From Deltaproteobacteria bacterium (GTDB taxonomy: Bacteria; Myxococcota; SpSt-1050; JACRCP01), in assembly GCA_016218965.1 (NCBI GenBank), contig JACRCP010000392.1:1-60249 (forward strand): a stretch of DNA of 60,249 bases, written 5' to 3'. The notes beneath the pieces are model-generated. The model worked only from the letters and a program-made list of their open reading frames with translations. It made no database searches and had not been told where the DNA came from. Both the position numbers and the translations under genes were made by a program. This document shows positions 28,233 to 37,022 of the stretch, in pieces. How positions within the stretch are numbered: the stretch's first letter is position 1; each line of letters starts with the position of its first letter.

Positions 28233-28423
28233 CGTTTCTACCCTCACCCTGACCCTCTCCCGGGGGGAGAGGGAACCCAAACTGAGATCTGCCGTTGACG
28301 TGGTGTCTTCCCCTATCCCACTGAGAGAGGGGACCACGGTGGGATTCGCCTTTTGCCATCGTGTCGTTCCCTCTCCCACTGGGAGAGGGTCAGGGTGAGG
28401 GTTTCAAGAGATGCGCTCCCGAT
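28221..28423. repeat. MITE-like element, copy 2 (core 28240-28402)
   Basis: Same 22-bp terminal IRs and internal GAGAGGGGACCACGGTG as 25372-25507. Confidence 0.85.
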
Positions 28424-28557
28424 GATACTGCGCCTGTGTCGAGTTGAGGATAGGGCGTCCCGCGGCATCGGCGAAGAGGGTGCGGTGTGGCAAGTTCTCA
28501 CGCTTCGGCGCGACTTCGTGTATTGTAGCGGCCTCGGTTGTGGGGAGGAGGTGCGAC

Positions 28558-29106
28558 GTGGAGCATGTTTGTCCTTGGTGGATGACCTACCTGTTCGACA
28601 ATCCGATCCGCCGGTTGATTCATGACCCACGCCGGATGATGGAAAAGTTCGTGAGGCCGGGGATGCGCGTGGCCGACATCGGTTGTGGCATGGGGTGTTT
28701 CACCGTGGCGCTCGCCGAGCTTGCCGGCCCGCCGGGACAGGTGCAGGCGGTCGATCTTCAGGAGCAGCAGCTTCGAGCGGTCGGGCGCAGGTGCCGCAGG
28801 GGCGGCGTGAGCGATCGCGTGAAGCTGGTGCGGGCGGGCGAAGATCGTCTCGGACTTGAGGGCCCTTTGGATTTCGTGCTGGCGTTCTGGATGGTCCACG
28901 AGGTGCCGGATCAGGGTCGGTTCTTCGGCGAGATCCTGTCGGCCCTTGGGTCCGGCGGCCGGCTGCTCGTAGCCGAGCCGAAGTTCCACGTCACGCGTCG
29001 CGACACCGAGGTCGAGCTGTCTCTTGCCCGCAGCCGAGGGATCGAAGGGCGGATGACGGAGGGCGCCGTGCGTCTGAGCTGGTCTTTCGTGGTCGAAAAA
29101 AAATGA
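28558..29106 (+). CDS. Class I SAM-dependent methyltransferase
   Basis: GTG after GGAGGAGG; HVCPWW, DIGCGMG and FWMVHEVPD. Confidence 0.9.
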   Translation: MEHVCPWWMTYLFDNPIRRLIHDPRRMMEKFVRPGMRVADIGCGMGCFTVALAELAGPPGQVQAVDLQEQQLRAVGRRCRRGGVSDRVKLVRAGEDRLGLEGPLDFVLAFWMVHEVPDQGRFFGEILSALGSGGRLLVAEPKFHVTRRDTEVELSLARSRGIEGRMTEGAVRLSWSFVVEKK

Positions 29107-29126
29107 GCGAACCGGAACAAACCTCT

Positions 29127-29209
29127 TCTCACGCAAAGACGCAAAGACGCAAAGCCGGCGGCGTGGAATTCCGGGGGACTCTTTGCGGCCTTTGCGCCTT
29201 TGCGTGAGA
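29127..29209. repeat. Inverted repeat of CGCAAAG x3 / CTTTGCG x3 units
   Basis: TCTCACGCAAAGACGCAAAGACGCAAAG ... CTTTGCGGCCTTTGCGCCTTTGCGTGAGA. Confidence 0.85.
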
Positions 29210-30567
29210 CGACGCGTTTTTTTTCGGGAGACAGCCTGCGGGATCCTCTGAACATCAGGACGCTCGCCGCGCAGAGCTGGTCAATCGGCTGGCCCATGAT
29301 GGTCATCATGCTCTTCGAGTTTGTGATGAGCATGGCCGACGTGTGGGTGGCGGGGAGGATCGGCAAAGAAGTTCAGGCCGCGTACGGGCTCGTGCTCCAG
29401 ATGTACTTTGTCGCGATCATCGTCGCGAACGCCCTCACGGTCGGCTCCGTTTCCGTGATCTCGAAGCTCAACGCCGCCGGCGAGGACCGGCGCTGCCGGG
29501 ACGCCGTCCATACGGTGATGTTGTCCGCCGCGGCGGCTGGAGTGTCCTTCGGGTTGGCGGGCGTCGTGGCGGGCCCGCCAATCGTCCGAGCGCTCGCGGT
29601 CCCCGCCGAAGTCAAGGAATACGCGGCGCCTCTTCTGGCGGTGTACGCCGCGGGTTTCATATTCCACTACGTTCATTTCTCCAACCAGGGCACTTTGCGG
29701 TCGAGCGGCCGGGTGCGCACGGCGCTCCGGATCCAGACCGTGGTCGTGCTCGTCAAGCTGCCGCTGACGTATCTGCTGGCATTCCATACCCCGCTCGGGC
29801 ATCTCGGTCTGGCGGTATCCACTGTGGCTGCCATTTCGATCGGGACGGCGCTTTCGTCTTTGGCGATCAGGCCGCTTCGGACTGGCGGGGCCTATTCACC
29901 CGCTGTAGTACGCGAGGTCGCCTCAGTCGGATGGCCTGCCGGGCTCATGCAGCTTTTCTGGCAGCTCGGTTTCACGACGCTTTTTCTCGTGGTGGGGAGT
30001 CTGCCCGAAAACAAGGTCGAGACGCTTGCGGCGTTCTCGAACGGGCTTCGGATCGAATCGGCCGTTTTTCTCCCCGCGTTCGCGTGCAACATGGCCAACG
30101 CCGTGATCGTCGGGAACCAACTCGGGCGCGGCGGAAGGACCGGGGCGTTCAGGGGCGGGTTGACCACCGCGGTGCTGGGCGTGGCGATAGTCGGAGTGCT
30201 CACCGGTGTGGTGATCTCCGCCGCCCCGCTGATAGCCAGCCTCTTGAGCCCCGACGCGATCGTGAGACACGAGACCGTGCGGTACCTGTACGTGGCGATG
30301 ATCGCCGAGCCGATCATGGCGTGGGGCGTGATCCTCGCCGGCGGCCTGAACGGGGCCGGCGACACGCGCGCCGTGATGCTGTCGGTGACGTTTGCCATGT
30401 GGGTTATCAGGCTCCCCCTCGCGTGGTTCCTCGGCATAAGGCTCGGCCTCGGCGCCGCCGCGATCTACTGGGTGATGAACCTTTCGGTCGCCATCCAGTC
30501 GGCGCTCATCACGTGGAGATATCTGGGAAGGAAGTGGATTCGAGCGGCGTTCCCTTGCGGGAGCTAA
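29200..30567 (+). CDS. MATE family efflux transporter; start uncertain
   Basis: About 12 hydrophobic segments; ADVWVAGRIG, VGNQLG and GAGDTR motifs. Confidence 0.9.
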   Translation: MRETTRFFSGDSLRDPLNIRTLAAQSWSIGWPMMVIMLFEFVMSMADVWVAGRIGKEVQAAYGLVLQMYFVAIIVANALTVGSVSVISKLNAAGEDRRCRDAVHTVMLSAAAAGVSFGLAGVVAGPPIVRALAVPAEVKEYAAPLLAVYAAGFIFHYVHFSNQGTLRSSGRVRTALRIQTVVVLVKLPLTYLLAFHTPLGHLGLAVSTVAAISIGTALSSLAIRPLRTGGAYSPAVVREVASVGWPAGLMQLFWQLGFTTLFLVVGSLPENKVETLAAFSNGLRIESAVFLPAFACNMANAVIVGNQLGRGGRTGAFRGGLTTAVLGVAIVGVLTGVVISAAPLIASLLSPDAIVRHETVRYLYVAMIAEPIMAWGVILAGGLNGAGDTRAVMLSVTFAMWVIRLPLAWFLGIRLGLGAAAIYWVMNLSVAIQSALITWRYLGRKWIRAAFPCGS

Positions 30568-30623
30568 TGAGGATTTCGGATTTCGAACACCGTCAAACAG
30601 AACCTGCGGCGGGTCGGTCGGGT

Positions 30624-30652
30624 TTGACACTGTGACGGCCGTCATGTATACG
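30624..30652 (+). promoter_or_regulatory. Putative sigma70 promoter with a palindrome in the spacer
   Basis: TTGACA-17-TATACG; TGACGGCCGTCA palindrome at 30633-30644. Confidence 0.45.
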
Positions 30653-30721
30653 CGCGGCGCATGGTGGTACGGAAGGGCCGGTCACGACTTTGCAACAATG
30701 GGTCGGAAAAGGAGGAGTCTC

Positions 30722-31963
30722 ATGAAAACGGTGTATGTGATCGCGATTGCCGTGTCGCTGGCGGCGGTGCCGGTGCTTTGGGGATGTGACGAGATCGAGG
30801 ACATGCTCAGTGACGGCGGCGGCAGCCGGACGGGCGATGTCGGCGGGGGCGAGGACGCTGGCGGCGAGACGCCCGATTCCGGTGGTACGGTCGACGCCGG
30901 CGGCACGGAAGACACCGGCGGGACGGAAGACACCGGGACGGCGGAAGATGTGGGTGGAGAAAGCGACGCCGGCGGGTCGACGCTCCCTTACATCGACAGC
31001 CTCGACCCGTGGAACGGTGCGGCGAACGCCGCCGTCGATCTCACAATAACGGGCGCGAACTTCGCCGAGGGCGCGGCGGTCTATTTCGGGGACGACGCGC
31101 TCGCGGGCGCTCAGATCGATAGTGCGACCTCGATCAGCGTGACGATACCCGCCGCGCTCACGGCCAACCCGGGGCAATATCCGGTTCACGTCGAGAACGT
31201 GCCGGGGAGCTTCATGACGGCGAGCAACTCGGTGTACTTCACGGTCGACCAGGCGGCCGGCGGGCCGGTTGTCGTCGACTACAGCCCGGACAACGGGATC
31301 GAGGGCGACACCATCCTCGTCATTGGCGACGATCTTTCGGGCGAGGAGCTGACGATCACGGACCCCGATGGCACCGAGGTCAAATCGAGCACTTTTGACA
31401 CGATAAGCGTCTGGGGCGGCTCCAAGGAAACCGCGGAGTTCAAGGTGCCCGCGGGCTGGAGCACGGGCGCGATCAAGGTCCGGAACTCTAAGGGCGCGTT
31501 TACAGGAAAGATGTTCAATGTCGGCAAAAACCTGACGGTCGCCCCCGGCTCCGCGGCCACGGCGTCGTCCGAATACAGCTCGACCTGGCCGGTCGCCAAG
31601 GGCGCCGACAACAAGCTCGAGACCTCGTGGTTCTCGAAAAACGGTGACTGCGCGACCAGCACGTCGTGCACTTCGGTGCCGTGGTTCCTGGTCACCTTCG
31701 CCGCCGATCACGACGTCGGCCGGATCGCGATGCGCGGGAACCGCGAGTACCTTGACGGCTATGACTTCATCAGGGGGAAGTTCGAGATCCTCGACTCTTC
31801 GGACAATGCGGTGTGGGGCCAGAGCCACGCGTTCCCCGCGCCGGACCGCGACCTGGACATCAAAGTAAACCCGGCGGTCGCCGGCCGCAAGGTCAAGTTC
31901 ACGAGCCTCGAAGACGAAAGCATAGAGCCGGGGTTTGCCGAGCTTGAGGTCTTCGAGCCGTAG
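30722..31963 (+). CDS. Lipoprotein with IPT/TIG domains and a C-terminal discoidin (F5/8 type C)-like domain
   Basis: AGGAGG SD; lipobox LWGC; acidic linker; P.IDSLDP...TITGANF IPT; ASSEY...AD...TSWFS discoidin motif. Confidence 0.8.
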   Translation: MKTVYVIAIAVSLAAVPVLWGCDEIEDMLSDGGGSRTGDVGGGEDAGGETPDSGGTVDAGGTEDTGGTEDTGTAEDVGGESDAGGSTLPYIDSLDPWNGAANAAVDLTITGANFAEGAAVYFGDDALAGAQIDSATSISVTIPAALTANPGQYPVHVENVPGSFMTASNSVYFTVDQAAGGPVVVDYSPDNGIEGDTILVIGDDLSGEELTITDPDGTEVKSSTFDTISVWGGSKETAEFKVPAGWSTGAIKVRNSKGAFTGKMFNVGKNLTVAPGSAATASSEYSSTWPVAKGADNKLETSWFSKNGDCATSTSCTSVPWFLVTFAADHDVGRIAMRGNREYLDGYDFIRGKFEILDSSDNAVWGQSHAFPAPDRDLDIKVNPAVAGRKVKFTSLEDESIEPGFAELEVFEP

Positions 31964-31988
31964 GCGTCTTGCCATCCTGTCCTTTCGC

Positions 31989-32020
31989 GGGGCGGTCCTC
32001 TCACCGGGCCGCCCCTTTTT
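31989..32020 (+). terminator. Intrinsic terminator
   Basis: GGGGCGGTCC...GGGCCGCCCC stem followed by TTTTT. Confidence 0.8.
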
Positions 32021-32024
32021 GTGT

Positions 32025-32052
32025 TTGTCAAACACAGGTCAGCCTATATAAT
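32025..32052 (+). promoter_or_regulatory. Putative aspS promoter
   Basis: TTGTCA-16-TATAAT upstream of AAGGAGG SD. Confidence 0.55.
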
Positions 32053-32077
32053 CGCGTCGAATCGGAAGGAGGCGACC

Positions 32078-33880
32078 GTGGCCGAGGGCGCAGATCAAGA
32101 GATGGACCTTTTGCATCGGACGCACACCTGCGGGAACCTGCGGGGGCCGGATGCGGGGAAGACCGTCGTCCTGACGGGATGGGTCGAGACCAAACGGGAT
32201 CTGGGCGGGTTCGTGTTCGTGGACCTGCGCGACCGGCACGGCGTAACGCAGGTGACGTTCGATCCGACCGGCGGGAATGTGCTGTTCACGACGGCGCAGG
32301 ACTTGAGGCCCGAGTCCGTGATAGGCGTCGAGGGCGTGGTGGCGTCCCGCGGCAGGAACACCAACAAAGAGCTTCCGACCGGCGAGATCGAGGTGCGGGC
32401 GACCCGGGTCGAAGTATTCTCCAGGGCCGATACGCCTCCATTCACCGTCACCGATGAGACCACGGCCAACGAAGACCTGCGGCTGAAATACCGCTACCTC
32501 GACCTCCGGCGCCGTCCGATCGCGAAAAACATCGTTCTTCGGCACCGGATCGCCAAGGCTGCCCGCGACTACTTCGACCGCCAGGGTTTCCTGGAGATCG
32601 AAACGCCGTTTCTCACGCGGAGCACGCCCGAAGGCGCCCGCGATTACCTGGTTCCTTCGCGCGTCAACCCCGGCCGCTTCTATGCCCTGCCGCAGTCGCC
32701 GCAACTCTTCAAGCAACTCCTCATGGTTGCGGGGATGGACCGGTATTTCCAGATCGTGCGCTGTTTCCGCGACGAGGACCTCCGCGCCGACCGCCAGCCG
32801 GAGTTCACGCAGATTGACGTCGAGATGTCGTTTGCCGACGTCGATTCGATTGCGGGGCTCATCGAGGGGCTCCTGCAGCAACTCTTCCGCGAGGTCTCGG
32901 GGGTTGAGATCCCCGCGCCCTTTCGCCGTCTGACGTGGGACGAAGCTGTGCGGGACTACGGCACCGACAAGCCCGACCTCCGGTTCGATCTCAGGCTGGT
33001 GGACCTGACCGTCCCGGTCCGTACGCGCGACGGCGGCGGCGTGGGGCTTTTCAGGAAGGCCGTGGAGGCCGGTGGGATCGTCAAGGCGCTCGCGGTCCGC
33101 GCGCCCAACACGCTCACGAGGACCGACATTGACAAGCTCGAGGACCAGGTGAAACAGCTCGGGAGCAAGGGCCTGGCCCGCGCCAAGATCGAGGCCCCGG
33201 GGCAGTGGACGCTTGCGCCGTGGGCGAAGGACATGGACCCTCATCTCAAGGCGGAGATCGAACACCTGTGCGCGGTGAACCCGGGTGACGTCATTCTGCT
33301 CCAGTTTGGCCGGGCCAGGGATGTCAACCTTCATCTTGCGTCGCTTCGGCAGACGCTCGCCCGGAAATTCGGGATGGTGAAACCCGGCGAGCACGCGTTC
33401 GCATGGATCACCGACTTTCCTCTCCTCGAATACTCGGAAGAGGAGCAGCGCTATGTGGCGTGTCATCACCCTTTCACGTCACCGCGGCCCGTCGATGTCG
33501 AGAAGCTGGAAAACGCGCCGGGGGCCGTCAAGGCGCAGGCGTACGACATAGTGCTCAACGGGTTCGAGCTGGGCGGCGGGAGCATCAGAATCCACGACCG
33601 CGATCTGCAGAGCCGCGTCTTTACCGCGCTGGGGATAGGCGAGGCCGAGGCGCAATCGAAGTTCGGGTTCCTTCTTGAGGCGTTCAGATACGGGGCGCCC
33701 CCCCACGGAGGGATTGCGCTTGGGCTCGACAGGCTCGCCATGCTGATGGCCGGGGCCGACTCGCTGCGTGACGTGGTGGCGTTTCCAAAGACCGCACGGG
33801 CCGTCGACCTCATGACCGAAGCGCCGGCCGGGGTGGACGAGCGACAGCTCGAAGAACTGCGCATCAGGCTCAAGGCGTAA
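32078..33880 (+). CDS. aspS: Aspartate--tRNA ligase
   Basis: RTHTCG, FVDLRD, LKYRYLDLRR, TPEGARDY, LPQSPQLFKQ, FRDEDLRADRQPEF and PPHGGIALGLDR. Confidence 0.98.
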   Translation: MAEGADQEMDLLHRTHTCGNLRGPDAGKTVVLTGWVETKRDLGGFVFVDLRDRHGVTQVTFDPTGGNVLFTTAQDLRPESVIGVEGVVASRGRNTNKELPTGEIEVRATRVEVFSRADTPPFTVTDETTANEDLRLKYRYLDLRRRPIAKNIVLRHRIAKAARDYFDRQGFLEIETPFLTRSTPEGARDYLVPSRVNPGRFYALPQSPQLFKQLLMVAGMDRYFQIVRCFRDEDLRADRQPEFTQIDVEMSFADVDSIAGLIEGLLQQLFREVSGVEIPAPFRRLTWDEAVRDYGTDKPDLRFDLRLVDLTVPVRTRDGGGVGLFRKAVEAGGIVKALAVRAPNTLTRTDIDKLEDQVKQLGSKGLARAKIEAPGQWTLAPWAKDMDPHLKAEIEHLCAVNPGDVILLQFGRARDVNLHLASLRQTLARKFGMVKPGEHAFAWITDFPLLEYSEEEQRYVACHHPFTSPRPVDVEKLENAPGAVKAQAYDIVLNGFELGGGSIRIHDRDLQSRVFTALGIGEAEAQSKFGFLLEAFRYGAPPHGGIALGLDRLAMLMAGADSLRDVVAFPKTARAVDLMTEAPAGVDERQLEELRIRLKA

Positions 33881-33935
33881 GGCATGAGGCGTGAGGCGGG
33901 AGGCGGGCAGGAAATCACAAGTGAGAAGTGAGAAG
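33874..33935. repeat. Heptamer tandem repeats (GGCGTGA-type and AAGTGAG-type)
   Basis: GGCGTAA GGCATGA GGCGTGA GGCGGGA GGCGGG, then AAGTGAG AAGTGAG AAG; first type matches 2193-2217. Confidence 0.75.
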
Positions 33936-33959
33936 TCTGTCGTCATCGGGCGTTTGTGA

Positions 33960-35618
33960 ATGATGGGTATCGAGGGTGACAAGCTGTTTGACTTGATCGT
34001 CATCGGTGCCGGGGTGAACGGGACGGGTGTCGCGCGGGACGCCGCCATGCGCGGGCTTTCGGTGCTTCTCATTGACAAGCGGGACATCTGCTCGGGCGCC
34101 ACGGGGACGTGCAGCGGGATGATCCACGGCGGGGCGCGGTATCTTCTGCACGACCTCAAGGTCACGAAGCTCTCGTGCCTCGATTCGGGGTACATCCAGC
34201 GGATCGCGCCGCACATGCTCTTCAGAATTCCGTTTCTGGCGGCGGTCCCGGCGGGCCGGCCGTTTGCGAGGCAGTACCTCGAGCTCATGGAGGTGTATTT
34301 CGAGGCGTACGATCGGTATCAGCCGCTCAAGAACGGAAAACCGCACACGCGCCTTTCGCCCCGGGAAGCCCTGGATCTCGAGCCGGGTCTGAGCGCGGGC
34401 ATCGCGGGCGCCGTGACTTTTGACGAGTGGGGGATCGACCCGTTCAGGCTGTGCGTTGAGAACGCGAAGTCGGCGGTCGAGCACGGTGCGGTGGTCAAGA
34501 CGCATGTGGAAGTCAAAGACCTCATCCGGGTGGACGGGGCGGTCGCCGGCGTGACGTGCCGCGATCGTTTTGCCGGGGAGCGCAGCGCATTCCGGTCACG
34601 CCTGGTGGTCAACACGACCGGCCCGTGGTCAATGGCATTCTCGAAACGCCACGGCGTAGAGGTCAGGCTCAGACCGGCCAAGGGCGTGCATCTCGTGTAC
34701 GGTCACAGGCTCTCGAACTGGGCCATCGTGGCCGCCGCCGTGGACGGACGGCAGCTGTTCATCTGCCCGCACCAGAAGGGGACGATTGTCGGAACGACCG
34801 ACGACGACTACTACGGGGACCTCGACAACGTCACGGCGACCGAGGACGACGTTCAGTACCTGTTGCAGGGGGTCGAATCGGTTTTCCCGGGCATCCGGGA
34901 GCACCGGGTCATCCGGACGATGGCCGGCGTGCGCCCGACGCTTTACGAGGGAAACAAGTACGAGGACGACCTGACTCGCGAGCACGCCATCTTCGACCAT
35001 GAAGTGCGGGAGGGGTTGCGCGGGCTTCTGAGCATGGCCGGCGGCAAACTCGCCTCATACCGGCTGATGAGCGAGGAATTGACCGACCTCGCCTGCGCCA
35101 AACTCGGTGTGCACGCCGCCTGCCGGACGCACGTCGAGCCCCTTCCCGGCGGGGACGAGACATCGGATGCGGGGGAGCTTGCCCGTGAGTTTGGGGTTGA
35201 ACCGTTCATTGTCGAGCGCATGGTGTACCGGCACGGCTCGCGCGCCCGGAAGGTCCTCGAGATTGTCAAGTCCGAGCCCCGGCAGGCCGAGATGGTCTGC
35301 CGGTGCGACCCCGTGACCGAGGCCGAGCTAAGGTACTGCATCAGGAACGAGTGGGTCCGGGGGCTTTCGGACCTGCGGCGAAGGACGAGACTCGGGTGCG
35401 GGCCGTGCCAGGGGACACGGTGCGCGCTAAGGGCAGCGGCGGTGATGGCCGACGAGCTCAATCTCTCGACCGACGAGATGTACGCGCAGGCATTCGACCT
35501 CCTCGCCGACCGGTGGAAGGGGCTTTTGCCGATCCTCGCCGGCGCGCAGATTCAGCAGGAGGAGATACGCATGAGGGCGTTGTTCGAAACAGGAAGGCTG
35601 CGGGAGTTGATGAAGTGA
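33960..35618 (+). CDS. glpA: FAD-dependent glycerol-3-phosphate dehydrogenase, GlpA-like (with BFD-like Fe-S domain)
   Basis: IGAGVNG, IHGGARY, KGVHL, GTTD, AGVRP, GGKL, CRCD and RTRLGCGPCQG..C. Confidence 0.88.
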   Translation: MMGIEGDKLFDLIVIGAGVNGTGVARDAAMRGLSVLLIDKRDICSGATGTCSGMIHGGARYLLHDLKVTKLSCLDSGYIQRIAPHMLFRIPFLAAVPAGRPFARQYLELMEVYFEAYDRYQPLKNGKPHTRLSPREALDLEPGLSAGIAGAVTFDEWGIDPFRLCVENAKSAVEHGAVVKTHVEVKDLIRVDGAVAGVTCRDRFAGERSAFRSRLVVNTTGPWSMAFSKRHGVEVRLRPAKGVHLVYGHRLSNWAIVAAAVDGRQLFICPHQKGTIVGTTDDDYYGDLDNVTATEDDVQYLLQGVESVFPGIREHRVIRTMAGVRPTLYEGNKYEDDLTREHAIFDHEVREGLRGLLSMAGGKLASYRLMSEELTDLACAKLGVHAACRTHVEPLPGGDETSDAGELAREFGVEPFIVERMVYRHGSRARKVLEIVKSEPRQAEMVCRCDPVTEAELRYCIRNEWVRGLSDLRRRTRLGCGPCQGTRCALRAAAVMADELNLSTDEMYAQAFDLLADRWKGLLPILAGAQIQQEEIRMRALFETGRLRELMK

Positions 35619-36934
35619 AGAAAACCGACTCATTTGATGTCGTGGTCATTGGCGGGGGTGTGGCCGGTGCGGTGGCGGCGCTTGCGGCGCGCGAGGCGGG
35701 GAAGTCCGCGGCTTGCATCGCACAGGCCCCCGGCGCCACGGCCCTGTCCTCCGGCGCGGTCGACCCACTGCCGGAAACCTCACCCCCCGGTCCCCTCTCC
35801 CATGCGGAGAGGGGGGACGCCCCGGATACGGTTCCCCTTTCTCCCCGTGGGGGAGCTGTACTTAGCAGGGTCGAAGGGGGGACAGGGGATAGGGGTTTCC
35901 TCAAGGACGCTCTCTCGTTCGCCCGCGAGGCGTTCCTTTCGCTTGGTTTGACCGGCGGCGCCGGGGCCGGCGGCGCACTTGTCCTGCCCACGGTCCTCGG
36001 CACATGGAAGAAGGCTCTCCTGGCGCTCTCGACGCAGGCGCCCGCCGACCTTTTGTCCCTTGAAGGGCGAAGACTTGTCGTGGCGCGGTTCGCCGACGTC
36101 GAGGCGGCGGGCTGGCGCCCGGGGAGGGAGCTTGCAAGGCAGGCGGCCGATTGTTTCGGCGTAGAGATCGCGGCGGCCCAGGAGATCGAGATCGAATTTC
36201 AGGCGCTCTCGCGGAGGATGGGGGCGTTCGAGACCGCAGCAGCTATCGATGCGGATCCATCGCTTGCCGCGATGATTGGAGAACGGATCGGAAGGAAGGT
36301 CGGAAACGGCGCCCCCTCTCTTGTGCTCGTCGATCCTGTCCTGGGGATTCGCGACTACGCAAGAGCCCTGCGTGAGGTCGAGGCCGCCGCCGGTGTTTCG
36401 TGCGCCGAGATGCTCCCGACCGTCCCGTCGGTCCCCGGCCGGCGGTGGCAGAATGCCATCGAGGCGGCGCTTGCAAACGCAGGGGTGCGGGCCATCAAGG
36501 CCCGGGCCCTCGGGTTCAAGGCCGCCGGGCACAAGGTCACGTCCATCGGGGTCTCCGACGGGGTGACCGTGAACGGGACGGCGTTTGTCCTTGCCACGGG
36601 CAGGTTCGTCGGCGGGGGGATCCGCAGGGAGGCGGGGTTTGACGAACCGCTCTTCGATCTCCCGGTCGTGTGCGCCGGAACCCCCAATCCGGATGTCCCG
36701 ATGGGGGAACTGGTCGGCCGCCGGATCTCGGATCGGCACACGGCGTTTTCGGCCGGCGTCCGGGTGGACGACGCGATGCGCCCGATCGGGAGGGAAGGCG
36801 GACCCGTTTTCGAGAACCTGTGGGCCGCGGGGGCCGTGGTAGGCGACCGCACCGTTGCCGACGGCCCCTCCGGGATGGGCAACGCGATCCTCTCCGGCTA
36901 CCTCGCCGGGCGGGCCGCGGCCGGTTTGCAGTAG
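35615..36934 (+). CDS. glpB: Anaerobic glycerol-3-phosphate dehydrogenase subunit B-like
   Basis: GTGA overlap with glpA; IGGGVAG, SSGAVD, PTVLG, PSVPGRR, LATGRF.GGG and ENLWAAG. Confidence 0.82.
   Translation: MKKTDSFDVVVIGGGVAGAVAALAAREAGKSAACIAQAPGATALSSGAVDPLPETSPPGPLSHAERGDAPDTVPLSPRGGAVLSRVEGGTGDRGFLKDALSFAREAFLSLGLTGGAGAGGALVLPTVLGTWKKALLALSTQAPADLLSLEGRRLVVARFADVEAAGWRPGRELARQAADCFGVEIAAAQEIEIEFQALSRRMGAFETAAAIDADPSLAAMIGERIGRKVGNGAPSLVLVDPVLGIRDYARALREVEAAAGVSCAEMLPTVPSVPGRRWQNAIEAALANAGVRAIKARALGFKAAGHKVTSIGVSDGVTVNGTAFVLATGRFVGGGIRREAGFDEPLFDLPVVCAGTPNPDVPMGELVGRRISDRHTAFSAGVRVDDAMRPIGREGGPVFENLWAAGAVVGDRTVADGPSGMGNAILSGYLAGRAAAGLQ
35775..35898. repeat. Palindromic CCCTCTCCC-type element within the glpB reading frame
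   Basis: AAACCTCACCCCCCGGTCCCCTCTCC...GGAGAGGGG and ...GGGGACAGGGGATAGGGGTTT; encodes PPGPLSHAERG...VLSRVEGGTGDRG. Confidence 0.7.
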
Positions 36935-37022
36935 TCCCGGTCTTTTTTTTGACACCCCGCTGAACCCCCTTATATTCGAATCGGGCACAATCGGGGCACC
37001 AGCCCCCGCACACAGGGTTCCG

